Below, in pieces: positions 1 through 13,297 of a DNA stretch of 57,702 nucleotides; the first letter of the stretch is position 1, and every line of letters begins with the position of its first letter. A model generated the notes under the pieces. The model did no database searches and was not told where the DNA came from. It saw only the letters and a list, made by a program, of their open reading frames with translations. This DNA comes from Chara braunii (lineage: Eukaryota; Plantae; Charophyceae). Position numbers and translations under genes: made by a program. The stretch covers positions 2,477,335-2,535,036 of the forward strand of contig BFEA01000027.1 in assembly GCA_003427395.1 (NCBI GenBank). Direction: 5' to 3'.

Positions 1-1
1 C

Positions 2-34
<33 letters not shown>

Positions 35-355
35 TACACACACACCCTCCCCACACACAAAGAAACCCTAAAACCCTAGGTTAAAAACCCTTCCATGCCA
101 AACCACATTCGCTCTACTTCACAATTTTTTTTGTATTTCCGTGATCCATTACACGACCAGTGAGCAGGTAAGGTAGCAAATTCATTCACGTTATAAGAAA
201 AACAGAACGTTGTTTTACCCCCGCATACAACAGAAAAGAAGATTTAACCCAAAAGTTCAGGACGGGCAGATAATCGTGAACCAAGACCCGACCCATAAGT
301 TTTTCCCACCCTGGATTGACAATGGTGAGGTGGGGCGTAGGAGGGAGAAGAATCA

Positions 356-514
<159 letters not shown>

Positions 515-2160
515 CTAGGCGTCTTCTTCAAGGGAGATCACTGTGCACACACAAGGGCCATGCACTCAACAAGACCTCTAACACAATGCACCCACCATCC
601 CTTCGCCAGATTTGCCTCTCAAGTGTCTTGGTTCTGGCGCTCACTCATGAAGTGCACCCACCATCACTGTTCCTTCACTGGAACGCATCTGTGTGTGTGT
701 GTGTGTGTGTGTGATTAATTCCACCACACTTTACATCCCTTCGCCCCTTCCGCTCCCCCCCCCCCTCTCCTCAACACACACACAGACGAAGTCAATCTTC
801 CTCAGTCCTTTTGTTGGACGGCATCGTCAACAAATCCAACCCCCCTCATTCATGAAGCTGAAAATCGAACACATTCACTCGACAGTCCAACACCGACGGT
901 ATCATCAGCGCATCACTTGCCCTCTTCTTGGGCTCCCGACACTAATCAAAGACCTCGTCAAAACAACTCGCAATCATAGAGATCACCAATCCAATCTTCA
1001 CAGTGCCAATCAACTACGTGACCTTTGATTACCACCACTGCTCTACTGCACCATATGTCCATCTCCGACAGCCTCCCTGGGAAACTTGACCATCGTCATA
1101 TGCCATGTAAGCAGCTGCACTACCTAGGTATATGACGATGGTCACGTCTCCCAGGAAGGCTGTCCAACAAGAGGACTGTGATGCCAATCCGACCACCAAC
1201 AGACGGTGCACAGCTGACAAAAGACCTTACCAGCTGACAATTCATTGAATTTTCGTTAACTACGCTCATAGGTGCACCTAAGACTGGCTGTCTGACGTCT
1301 ACATCTTAACAGCACGTCATGACATAGCGATCACCATCCCCCCAGCATTACTCCTCTTCTGCGAAGAGAGATTCATCCACCGGACACGGCAAGAGGTGAC
1401 TGAAGGCATACTCACACTAGCTCTAATTTGAATGCATCTGACCGCATTTACAGCCGGACCTGGATGCATCTGACAGCAAATTACGTCCATAAATAAGGGA
1501 CAAATGCCCGATTGTGAGTACGCCCTGAGGAGACTGCATCTTGCAGTCACGACATACCGTCACTCGAGCGAACCCCATCCCCAACACCTCTCCCACCCAC
1601 TTGTCCCTTGCCAGACGCCAGGCTAAGAACGATCCTCCACGGTGCTCGACTCCAACCATGGTGCTTGAGCTTTCCGATGATAGAAAGCTCAAGCCCTTCA
1701 CACCCATATACACAGCTTCAGCCATTCCTGAGCTCCTACCCTCAGTGCTCACACAGCCATTACTGTGTTATAATAATAACGGGCACCCTTACCCCTTCAT
1801 GGGGCTCAATGGTATATTGAAAGACCCCTGGAGATCGAAGCCCCTAGACCCCGGTAACTCATGCAACTCCGTGTAAGAGATCATCTGGCGACCAATCCGA
1901 AATAAACGGATATACCGACATCTCTTCCTTTTGGTCATCGTGCTTCCTAGACATCTCTTCTCACACATGAGGCGTTCCCGAGACGGTCCTTCCTAAACAT
2001 CTCTTCCTTTTCGTCAGTCCTGCATGTAAGATCATCCATCATGCATTCGAAAAGAATTGCCGGTCAAATTTTTGCGTATGAAAAGTTGTAAGAAAGTCTA
2101 AGTTCCCACAAATCCCTCGTCCGTACCGTTCTCCAGAAAGAAGGATAACAAAAACAACAC

Positions 2161-2384
2161 CGATTAATCCTGGCGTCAGGAGGCGGCGATAGCGATTAAT
2201 CCTGCGGTCAGGAGGCGGCGATAGCGATTAATCCTGCGGTCAGGAGGCGGCGATAGCGATTAATCCTGCGGTCAGGAGGCGGCGATACCGATTAATCCTG
2301 CCGTCAGGAGGCGGCGATACTGATTAATCGTGCGGTCAGGAGGCGTCGATACCGATTAATCCTGCGGTCAGGAGGCGGGGATAC
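2161..2384. repeat. 32-bp minisatellite, ~7 copies, in UBC intron 2
   Basis: Unit CGATTAATCCTGCGGTCAGGAGGCGGCGATAG starts at 2161, 2193, 2225, 2257, 2289, 2321 and 2353. Confidence 0.92.
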
Positions 2385-2559
2385 CAGGTGTATCAGATCA
2401 ATGAAAATACAGGACCATCTTTCACGGCAGCCCCGATTTCCCCATCTGAAATCGAAACAGTCGCCCCACCCTCCTCCCACCCACACACAGAGCAGATATG
2501 ACATTACACTAAATGAACCACAGCCAAAAACCAGATCCGCAGAGCGAAGATCATAGCTT

Positions 2560-2590
<31 letters not shown>

Positions 2591-2780
2591 NNNNNNNNNN
2601 NNNNNNNNNNNNNNNNNNNNNNNNNNNGGGGGAGTAGGGAAGAGGGGGGGCATTCGGAGAGGGATGGCGGCTTTTTTTGGGGGGGGGGGGGGAGAGGAAG
2701 AGGAAGGGAAAAAGCAGTCAGGAAAAAGGATTAGCGAGGGGGAAAGGAGGGCAAAAGGGGGGAAAGGGGGGGAAGAATCA

Positions 2781-3056
<276 letters not shown>

Positions 3057-3910
3057 TCAGTGAGATTTAGCTTCAGTGAGAGTCGCAAAAAAAAAAAGAA
3101 GGCAGAAGGAAGAAATCCACGGGACGGAATAAAAATGCGGGGCGAAAAAGGAAGACGTCAACAGAAAACACAGAAAGAAGACGGGATAAGGAGATGTGGA
3201 AGAAGAGAAGGAAAGAGAGAGAGATTTGGGGGACCAAAAAAAAAAAAAAGCAAAGGAGAGCCAGAAGAAAAAGAGGAACAGGACGAGATAAGAGAAGAAA
3301 AACGTGTTTTGGAAAAAAAAAAAAAGACAAAAGAAAAACGTATTTTCAAGGATATACCAACCACTTGCCGACCATTAGAATGGAAGAAGCCCCCAGCACA
3401 AAACACAAAAAAGAAATACAACAAATTCCTTAAATAAAGATGTTCCCAAATCATACGATACTCGACGACTGCCGATACACTACACGACAATCGAATGGAC
3501 CAGTAATCAGATTGATAGGTCAAGGACCTACAATTCGATAAATAAAGAATGGCCGTCCTCTCAAAGAAGACCGAAGCAAAAATAAACAATGCCCGTCCTT
3601 TCAAACAACTGGCATCCAATCTCACCACCATCGCCCTCACATCTGTTCTATATCTATCTTGATGAGACTTTGTTTTTTTTCTTCCCAACTCAAAATCCAA
3701 ATTTCATTTCATAAACAACATACGAGGCCGGGGATCCTCGATCGGTTGGCATCTGGAAGCATCATCCATGATGATCTTTCCACATACGGATGATGTTTCC
3801 TGATGAGACAAATATGCAAGAACATCGATAAGAGTCAAACGTCAATAGCAGTGAAATGTTCATGAGTGCAGATCATTACCATTTAATAACGTGATCTATG
3901 CAGTGTGACT

Positions 3911-3970
3911 TATACAGTAATTTATACAGTAATTTATACAGTATAAATTTATACAGTAATTTATACAGTA
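3911..3970. repeat. ~12-bp tandem repeat (TATACAGTAATT), ~5 copies
   Basis: Directly visible in the sequence. Confidence 0.8.
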
Positions 3971-4161
3971 TGGCTGGTGTTTAACAATGTCGCCCTGACA
4001 GAGTTTCTCCATAACATCAACCAGCATTGGGGCCACTGTTTGGGAACGAGCAGTGGCAACACCGCAAGCGCGCACTCCTTTCACACAATCGCCTTCCCTC
4101 CCTCCTCTATACCTCTCACTTCCTATTCCCTTCTTTGCTGTGTCCTACATAGGGAAACGCG

Positions 4162-4163
<2 letters not shown>

Positions 4164-4249
<86 letters not shown>

Positions 4250-4250
4250 T
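4164..4250. repeat. (CT)n microsatellite; other GA/CA/AAT tracts at 5243-5465, 11815-11895, 18436-18520, 19184-19277, 21554-21622, 23803-23862 and 55680-55762
   Basis: Directly visible in the sequence. Confidence 0.95.
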
Positions 4251-6293
4251 GTGTCCCTCTCGCTCCATCACTCTAGAGGGAAAAAGAGGAGGCGAGAGCA
4301 TCTCCAAGAAAAAGACTTTTGACAAAGCCAACTCCACAGTCGCTCGATAGATGGACCGCTCTTCGCCACGACAACACCCGTCCGCCGTAGCTAACGAGGA
4401 AGGAGATGAAGTCTAATGATGGGAAAGACAACCAAGTAACGAGGAAAAGAAGAGTACACAGGAGGGGAGAGAAAACGTCGCAAAAAAACACAGGAATGGC
4501 GGGAACAATGACATGAAACAAGAGTTTTGACTGAGGAGAACCCGCGGAGACTGCGAAAAAGAAGAAAGAGGAGCGTCTCATCAATTGTTCGTTGTTCCAC
4601 GCTGCGTCCGAAATCTCCAATACACTATTTGCCATATTGCTATACCGACCTTCACCCTAATTACTACGCATATGATTGCTCTACCCAAACTAGTTAAGGC
4701 GATCGAGATCAATTCCACTCGTCCAGTAAGCTGAAATCTCGCTGATAAACCCGCCTCCCCCTCCGAAAACATCTCATCAGAATCACGACACGTGGATTTA
4801 CACAGAGAGACCTACAGGATCACCGCACGTCAAGACCGCACTGATTTCTATGGACTAGAGTAATTACCGCAGTAACTCGTCAGGCTCACAATCTGAATAT
4901 TATAATTACTGTAGTAACTCGAATCCTACCGGTAGTCCCGCCGCCAATCGCCCTTCCACCCATTTCTACTGGATGATGGAGAGAATTCCAAGTTCTCTGT
5001 CGATGTGAGAAGCACACTGCAGTTCTCAATCAACGGCGGCTTCCCCTCAACGCACCCTGATGATGTGCATACAAGCTATCTTTCCGGTCCGATACGTTCA
5101 TTATAAGGCACTCCACCTTGACAAAAGCCTCCGACTCGTGACCGCTCTTCTAACAGAGTTGATCCGTCCAAGATACCACAGAAAAAACTACTTTCCCAAA
5201 GGGGTGCGTTGTGTTCAGGGAAAGATAGTCACATCAATCAATAGAGAGAGAGAGAGAAAGAGAAAGAGAGAGAGAGAGAGAAAGAGAAAGAGAGAGAGAG
5301 AAAGAGAAAGAGAGAAAAGAGAGAAAGAGAAAGAGAGAGAGAGAGAGAAAGAGAATGAGAGAGAGAGAGAAAGAGAAAGAGAGAGAGAAAGACCGACACT
5401 CCAATTCAATAGAGAGAGAGAGAAAGAGAAAGAGAGAGAGAGAAAGAGAAAGAGAGAGAGAGAGACCGCCACTCCATCAGAGTACAAATTCGTACAAGCA
5501 GGGGATAGTTTTCGACATCTACTATAGAAAAACTATAGCCCCTCCCCGCCCATGCCTTCCGATCGAAACGCCGGAAGATCGACTCTTTCTCCTCTTTCAC
5601 CCCTCCCCTCCCATGCCTTCCGATCGAAACGTCGGAAGATCGACTCTTTCTCCTCTTTCACTTAACCCTTCCACCGTCACTGATGGCTTTACAATCAACG
5701 ATGGGTGGCTCGCTTATGTTTCCCTAATATACCATATTCTTCCACCGAACACAACGCACCTTCATTTTGACTGTACCGGGCCGGAAACATACCTCGTATA
5801 CGTTCATTTTCAGGGCGTGTTATGTTCGGGGGAAGACGGTAGCTTTCCATTCCCTGGAACCTTTTCCACCCCCTACTACCTTTGCAATTGTGCCATAATA
5901 GGAATTCGGAGAGGGGGATGAAACAAAGTAAGAAAACAAGCACTATAAACGGCATGAAAGGAAAACAAGGACAGATGCGAAAAAGTAAGAAACAGAGGGA
6001 CAAAAAAGTAAGAAATCAAGGACTATAACAGAGGGACAAAAAAGTAAGAAATCAAGGACTATAAACGGCATGAAAGAAGGCGATTGAACATTAAAACAAG
6101 AACAGGGACAAATATGGTAAGAAACAGAGGGACAAAAAAGTAGAGACAAAGGACTATAAACGGCATGAAAAAAGGCAATTGAGCATCAAAACTCCCAACG
6201 TGGGATGGAGTTCCTCTTGAGAAAAAAAAAAAAAAAGCACAGAAAAGAAATACCGAGACAAGATCGTATCGACAAGGGGGATGAGGAGATGAG

Positions 6294-6386
6294 GTCCTTT
6301 CGTACATCCGTTTACTTGGAACGATACAGAGAAGGGTAATCGGCATGGCCTCTGCGCAAGGATGACAAGGAGGAATCGAGAAGAGG
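6294..6386 (+). pseudogene. U6 snRNA-like pseudocopy 1
   Basis: gtcctttcgtacatccg...ttggaacgatacagagaag(ggta)atcggcatggcctctgcgcaaggatgaca...aatcgagaa matches plant U6. The AGC triad is altered and there is no oligo-T terminator. Confidence 0.85.
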
Positions 6387-6447
6387 GAAAAAGTAAAGGA
6401 CGGAGAGAAGAAGTACCGAGACAAGATCGTATCGACAAGGTAGATAA

Positions 6448-6548
6448 GTCCTTCTGAACATCCGTTAAATTGGAAAACGATACCGAGAAGAGTAATTATC
6501 ATGGCCTCTGCGCAAAGATGACAAGCATGAATCGAGAAATAGCCCACT
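6448..6548 (+). pseudogene. U6 snRNA-like pseudocopy 2
   Basis: Reads gtccttctgaacatccgttaaattggaaaacgataccgagaag...catggcctctgcgcaaagatgacaagcatgaatcgagaaatagccca. Confidence 0.85.
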
Positions 6549-6558
6549 AAAAAGAGAG

Positions 6559-6632
6559 AAACGATACAGAGAAGGGTAATTACCATGGCCTCTGCGCAAA
6601 GATGACAAGCATGAATCGAGAAATGGCCCACT
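6559..6632 (+). pseudogene. U6 snRNA-like pseudocopy 3 (5'-truncated)
   Basis: Reads aaacgatacagagaagggtaattaccatggcctctgcgcaaagatgacaagcatgaatcgagaaatggccca. Confidence 0.85.
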
Positions 6633-6723
6633 AAAAAGAAACAGGAGGGTCTGATACAGAAAGGCAGAAAAGTGACATACAAAACGTTAAAAAAACGTGG
6701 AAACGTTTAGTGCGTGAGATTAC

Positions 6724-6793
6724 CTGCACTGCAAGAAGTAGGAGGGTCCTTCTGAAGATCCTTCCACTCCTTCAGGATGCGCTTGGACGCCAT
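6724..6793 (-). CDS. Ubiquitin-conjugating enzyme E2 (UBC4/5-type, plant UBC8/9/10 family), coding exon 1
   Basis: Reverse complement reads ATG...MASKRILKEWKDLQKDPPTSCSA(G) followed by a GT donor. The 70-nt length matches the conserved plant exon pattern 70/128/105/144. Confidence 0.93.
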
Positions 6794-7944
6794 GATCGCA
6801 ACCCGCTGGAAAGGCGCTCTGCCCCCTCCCCCCCCTCCCCCTTCCCCCCCACTTCTCCACCCGCCGCCCCCTGCACCACCAAAATGCTCACTCGTTTATT
6901 ACGCACAAGGACCGATGCGCCTGTTGCTTGACGATTTCCACGTCGCCAGTTCGATTCCTGATCCCTTCTCGTTAACTCTTGAATTCTCCTCAATCGATTT
7001 CGGCCTTCCAGACTTCGTCACATAGGTTTAGGTTGGCAGAGAATCTCGTTGCTCTCCTCGTTCATTGTCAGCTTCTTCCTGAATAAGCACACGCAACCAC
7101 CAACCAAAAGGTAACCACAAGGACACCACAAGCTCATCCTACGGTAGCAGTTGTCTTCCGGCTGAAGTCGAGTTACCTTACAGCTGAACTCGAGTTGCCT
7201 CACTGCTGAACTCGTACGTCAGAAAGATCGCAGACACACGAACGACAGATTAGCACAGGAATACCCTTGTTAAACAGACTGGCAAATGAACATCGGTAAA
7301 ATTCAGACTTGACATGACAAATGGACTTCGTTAAATGTCAAGACTTTGCATCATAACGACTGCATGATGACATCATATAAGACTGGTATATCAAATCACA
7401 GCGAAACCTCAAACAAAGAGCCGTCTTCCCGCTTGTCTTCTCCTACGCACCTCCCGTGTTTCAACAAGCACCTCTCTCTCTCTCTCTCTCTCTCNNNNNN
7501 NNNNNNNNNNNNNNNNNNNNNNNNNNNNNNNNNNNNNNNNNNNNNNNNNNNNNNNNNNNNNNNNNNNNNNNNNNNNNNNNNNNNNNNNNNNNNNNNNNNN
7601 NNNNNNNNNNNNNNNNNNNNNNNNNNNNNNNNNNNNNNNNNNNNNNNNNNNNNNNNNNNNNNNNNNNNNNNNNNNNNNNNNNNNNNNNNNNNNNNNNNNN
7701 NNNNNNNNNNNNNNNNNNNNNNNNNNNNNNNNNNNNNNNNNNNNNNNNNNNNNNNNNNNNNNNNNNNNNNNNNNNNNNNNNNNNNNNNNNNNNNNNNNNN
7801 NNNNNNNNNNNNNNNNNNNNNNNNNNNNNNNNNNNNNNNNNNNNNNNNNNNNNNNNNNNNNNNNNNNNNNNNNNNNNNNNNNNNNNNNNNNNNNNNNNNN
7901 NNNNNNNNNNNNNNNNNNNNNNNNNNNNNNNNNNNNNNNNNNNN

Positions 7945-7997
<53 letters not shown>

Positions 7998-8764
7998 GTT
8001 TGATAAGCACAACTTCACAGAGAGAGGGCGTGTGTGCACCCGTGTGCCCCTCGAAGGCAATCGATCACGTCTCCCCACACTGTTGGACAGTACGTGACAG
8101 ATTCCAGTCGGCGTCGACCACATTCGAGAGGCGGAGTATACCCGTCAGAAAGAAAGACGGTCCCGAAAGAGGGTCCGTAACAGACTGCGTTGACGAACTC
8201 CCACCACCTCATCTCATCATAAATTATCACGCACGTGGCCGACACCAACTCCTCCCATCGCTGCTACGACTCGGCTGTGGGAACTGCCTGTATAATCCGG
8301 TGAGGCAAGGCCAACTCTTAGCTTCACTTAACACTCACAAAGAGGACAAAAAGGCAAAGCGGTAGCTCCTTGGTGAAATGTTGGACTGGACGAAAGAGTC
8401 TTCCACAACCAACCTGTCTCTCTCCTTTATTCGCCAATACAAGCAATATATACGACTTACGACTTGGCACCTGCCACTCTACTTATCTATGTCAACATAC
8501 CAATTTCAAAATATAATGACGTTTCCGATCGACGATTCCGATCGATCCCTCTCTCCATGAACCCCCGGTATTGACGGAACATGACCCCCTTGAACTCGAC
8601 GGCGCTCCTGAAGGCCGAAACCTGGGAAAAGGGAGATGAATGGAAATTCGCTTTGCTTTGCTTCGCTCTCTCACAAGCACCGCGTCAAACAGAACAACGA
8701 CAAAGAAGAATACAGAAGAGACCGACCGACAGGAACAACAAGAAAAGAATGGCTAAACGTTATT

Positions 8765-8867
8765 TCGAAACATGCGTTAAAATTGAAAGGGGTTACAGAG
8801 AATGAAGATTAGCATGGCCCCTGGGCAAGGATGACACTGACACTGACACGCATAAATCGAGAATAGC
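8765..8867 (+). pseudogene. U6 snRNA-like pseudocopy 4
   Basis: Reads acagagaatgaagattagcatggcccctgggcaaggatgacactgacactgacacgcataaatcgagaa: the U6 core with small internal duplications. Confidence 0.85.
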
Positions 8868-9409
8868 TATAGCTTCACTCTCCTGAGAACCCGGAAGAAA
8901 AAAGAGGATGCCTATGCCTTAACCTGGAAGGTCGTTGATGTCAAGGAGAGGATGCCTTAACCTCAACGTAAAGTTCATGTCCATCCCCACCGTTCATTCC
9001 CTCCTCCACACCTCTCTATCGCTCCTTTGTCCTTACCACGTTTCTCTCTATTCCACCTTCTTCCCACTACCCTCCAAGCACTCCACCTACCTGCACTCGA
9101 TCAACCGTCTTCCCCAGGACTTGCTGATTTCCCAAAAGGACTACCGCAGCAAGACAAGAGAAGGAAACGAGCACGAAAGAGGGCCCGAAGGAATGACAAC
9201 AGCTACAAAGGTGGGAATGACGAGAGACGAGGCGCCTCATGTGTCGTACCTCCTCACGTGTCGAGCAGCGGACGCTGGACAAAGCCGACGACGACGGCGC
9301 TTCTTCGCCTCTCCACCGGTCTGTGCGACAACCGCGACGAGATTTGTGTGATTTGTGTTCGATACACCTCGCACCTGAGTACGCCCCGGGCAGAATCTCA
9401 CCGGAACCA

Positions 9410-9575
9410 CTGGAACCGGCCTCCGGCCCTGCTGTCCCAACCCTTGACAGCTGGAACCGGCCTCCAGTCCTGCTGTCCCAACCCTTGGCAGCTGGAACCG
9501 GCCTCCAGTCCCGCTGTCCCAGCCCTTGACAGGTAGAACCGGCCTCCAGTCCCCGCTGTCCCAGCCCTTGACAAT
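9410..9575. repeat. ~41-bp minisatellite, ~4 copies
   Basis: Unit CTGGAACCGGCCTCCAGTCCTGCTGTCCCAACCCTTGACAG is repeated in tandem. Confidence 0.85.
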
Positions 9576-10163
9576 TGGCCGAGCAGGCGCTACTGGTAGT
9601 CCGGGACTCCGTTGTGTACGGTATCTTAGTTGTGGAACCGGGCTGGTGCTATGCTGACGCTACGGCCGCATGAGCCTGGTCAGAAATGGGACCTCAGGAA
9701 TATAGCGCCGGTGGGTCCCTAACCTGGCATTCACTTCGCCTATTCGTGCTTACTGAGCTCAGGTTAGGACAGGTGGAGACTGCATGGTGCTTTCAATACA
9801 ATGGGACCTGGTTGAACCAAGAGTACGAGAGCGCGTCAGGCAATACACAGCTATTTCACTGATCTTTTGTGGGGTTTTGAACTCCGTTCCTCTAATCGAC
9901 AGTAACGTGGGTGTGCGATTCAGTTCAGCCAGATGGATGGGGTTCGCTCGCGCCTAGAGTCGTGCATTCGCGCGGGGGCATTACTCAGGGCATTTGATAC
10001 GCCTGCTGCTGTTACAGCAGCCAGGAGGGCTACGGCATGCGAACGTGTTCAATTTCAAGGTGGATGTACCTGCGTTGCGTCAGTCCCTTTGCGATGGTCC
10101 CAACCTACCCCGTGGGCTAGGGAGAGTTCCAGGTTTGGTTGGTGTTCCCTCGTACTACACATA

Positions 10164-10589
10164 GGGGTTCGCTGTACTACTCTAGATTCGAGCTTTTTCT
10201 CGAGTGCGGCATGGCTGCACTTACTCAAGAACTGGCCGCTCGAAAACCTGTTCTAGAGCTGTCAGAACAACTCTAGAAAAGTAATAGAATCGTCATCGCT
10301 CCACTTACTCAATAAGTTCGTTTTAGATTTTCATTTCTTGAGCTGTCAGAGTGGGCCTGTCCTTCTCACTCTAGGTAGATCTTGAGTGGGCCTTGAGCCT
10401 GGACGGACAACCCAAGTTGCCGCTGTCCTGCTGTGAAATGGTCGAACTCAAAAAGTGATGGAGCAACTCTTGCTTTTCTAAAGTCTTGCTAGTGCGGCGA
10501 TGCGTAGATTTTAGGACTTTTCGTGACTCTGACAGCTCTAGAACGACTCTATATTTTTTTCACGAGTCTAGAGTAGTGAAGCGAGCCCC
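10164..10589. mobile_element. MITE, probably PIF/Harbinger (Tourist-like), 426 bp
   Basis: Imperfect TIRs GGGGTTCGCTGTACTACTCTAGA ... TCTAGAGTAGTGAAGCGAGCCCC, a 3-bp TSD (ATA) on both sides, and an inner inverted pair GTTCTAGAGCTGTCAGA / TCTGACAGCTCTAGAAC. Confidence 0.75.
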
Positions 10590-11815
10590 ATAGAGTAGCG
10601 AGAGGATGAGATAGGACGTACTCACACAGTTGTGGCGTAGCAGCCAAATCTGCGAATTTTACTATCCTGATTTTGCAGAAATGTCACCTCGCCAGGTCAC
10701 ATAGCGGCAGCAAATCACAAAAGCCAATAATTACCAAAATGGTGCCTCGTGTGGTCACACAGCGCGAAGGTCCAAATCCTTCGACCTTTTTTTTTTCAAA
10801 AAAGTTCGTTTCGAGCTGAAAAAAAAATTGCTACCACCTCCAAAGGTGGTAGCAAAATGCCCTTCACCATGGCCCGCTAAGCCGTTGACATTTGGTACCT
10901 CGTTTGTTACTTTTGCCACTTTCCCTACTTCATGTGACTAACCCAACCTTTAAATTTTAGTTATTTTGCCATAAAAGGTCCTAGTGTAAGTAGGTCAATA
11001 GATGACGAATATATATACAAACAAGATTGAGATAATAATACAAACTACTTTTATATTTTTTTTAAATTAGACTGTGCAGTGCGTCGTGCACAAGAACGCA
11101 GCCAGTCGAGAGCAGGGACAAAGGTAAGGGACGAGACCTGCTCTTGAAAAATAATTTCCCTCTTATGAGGAGGTGAGAGTTCGACGGAACAGAATATCAC
11201 AGTCGCTCGTCCATTGTTTACTTTTCCCTCGTCTTCCCACGAATGCACCTAGTCAGGGGGATGGTTAACATACATTATATATATATATATATACTTGTTT
11301 ATTTTATTTTATGATTATTATTTTCGACAAAAAATAACGTAGATGTGGCGAATAGAAGTAAAAAGAAGTAGAGAGGTGAAGACAAAGAAGTGGAAAAATG
11401 AAAGGAGCCATGTGTGCAGGGAGAAAGGGAGAAGAAAAAGCGCGAAACAGATGATGATGAACATAAGTTGCATGACAATGTGCTCGAAGGAACAAAGGTA
11501 GATTGCACAAAGGAGGAAGCGTGAGGTGGAAGAGAGTGCACGTGCGAGAGAAACAGAGTAAGCATGTGGGAGAAAAAACCTAAAAGCACGGGTATGAGAT
11601 GAGAAAGCAGAAGAGGAGGAGGAGAACAAGAAAGAAAAACAAGAAGAAGAGCAACGGAGGGAAACTACCTTCATTGCGGTGCTCTTCTCCGTTGACTACC
11701 GGTCGTCTTCTTCATCTACCTATGAGCAACTTCCTCTAAGATCGTTTGCTCTCCTGTCATAAATGGGCGAATCGGGCAGGGTCCTCCACTTGGGTAACGG
11801 AGCATATGTTGGCGT

Positions 11816-11875
<60 letters not shown>

Positions 11876-13297
11876 AAAAGAGAAAGAGAGAGAGATAAAT
11901 TTACATGGTCGCTCGTGGATTGTTACCGCTGCATCCGGACGATGAGATCCTCGAACACGACACACCCTCCTTCCTTGTACATGGTCAGGGGAAGCAGCTT
12001 GGTACATCCATTCCTTGTCATGTTGTCTAGTAGGAATATAAGCGGGATAAGTAACCGAGAGGGATCACACAGATAGAGAGAAAGAGAAAGAGAGAGGGCT
12101 TACCTTGACGAAGATTCATCCTCCCGAAATAAGTCAATGAAACTAGACAAATCAGTTGGTCACGTCACCTCCCTCTCCAACTATTATTCACTATGTTATT
12201 CTCTATGGCAATATAGATGATTCTCGTTTGTGAATTATATTTTATTTCGTCTTATTTCATTTTATTTCGCATTTTGCTGATTGCGATAAGATACATGTAG
12301 GTACCTCTTGCGTCCGACCAGGGTTGAGGGATGATTCATGCAACCTGGTTTGCAAATTCATGTGGATGTGAGAGATAAAATAATGAGAGTAGATAAAAAA
12401 TAAAGGAGGATACGAAGGCGATAAACAAAGGACGAAGAATAAAAAGCGGGTTCATCACCCTTACCTATGGTTTTCATCTTTCCCCGAGTTGTGTACTCCC
12501 TTGCCATAACTATATCGGATCGGCAAGATAGCTTGCATAAATTTATCATTATTATATTATCATTTTTATTATTTTTATTATTGTCATAATTGCTATTTTA
12601 TTTCAAAGACGCATATATACATTATGAGAGAGAAAGAGAGCAGAGTCGAGAGAAAGAGCGAGTACAAAGAAACTGATAAAAGGGTCGGAAAACAAAAGAG
12701 AAATAATGCACGTTGAGGAGGAATGAATGCAGCAAGGACAGACAATGATGAAAAAAAAAAGATGAATTTAAAGAGGAGGAGGGGAAGGAACATGGAGGGG
12801 AAAAGCAAGGAGAAGATGTGATGCACAAAAAACATACACCTGACCGAGATACTGACTAAATGCAGTCAACATAGAAGTATTGGCGGTAATGCGGAAATAA
12901 GGATAGGCAAATGGAAGTGAAAATGAGAGAGGAGAGAAAAGCATACATAGTGTATGTTGGCGGTCTGTATTGGTGGTGACGTCACGTAAATTGATTTTCA
13001 ACTTCGTTGTGATCTTGCTTAACGTAAATTTGCTAGATAGGTTGAGTATTGAAGGTTGAGCGTTGAGTGTGATTGACAATCAGTAGGAGCGACATTGGAT
13101 ACTATATGGGCATTAGCAGAGAGCGTCGACTTTGATATTTGAGTTCGTTGTATTGCTTTTATTTGAATGATATCTTGGTGCATTGTACTCTCCGCTTGGT
13201 ATATAAATATCTGGACTGTAGCATGATTTTGCAATTTATTTTTTTGTCTATCGCTCCATCGCTTTCTTTCCATTATTATTATTATTATTATTATAAT

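Noticed and set aside
1317-1876. Possible coding remnant in UBC intron 2
   Set aside because: Fragmented frames with no recognisable motif; it cannot be assigned without a search.
3977-8365. Long ORFs of SL/RE/HT repeats or spanning N gaps (also 11720-12076, 18852-19386, 53837-56179)
   Set aside because: These are translation artefacts of microsatellites and gaps.
10828-10985. Helitron 3' end (hairpin TTGCTACCACC/GGTGGTAGCAA plus CTAG)
   Set aside because: The hairpin lies ~125 nt from the CTAG, much farther than typical, and no 5' end was identified.
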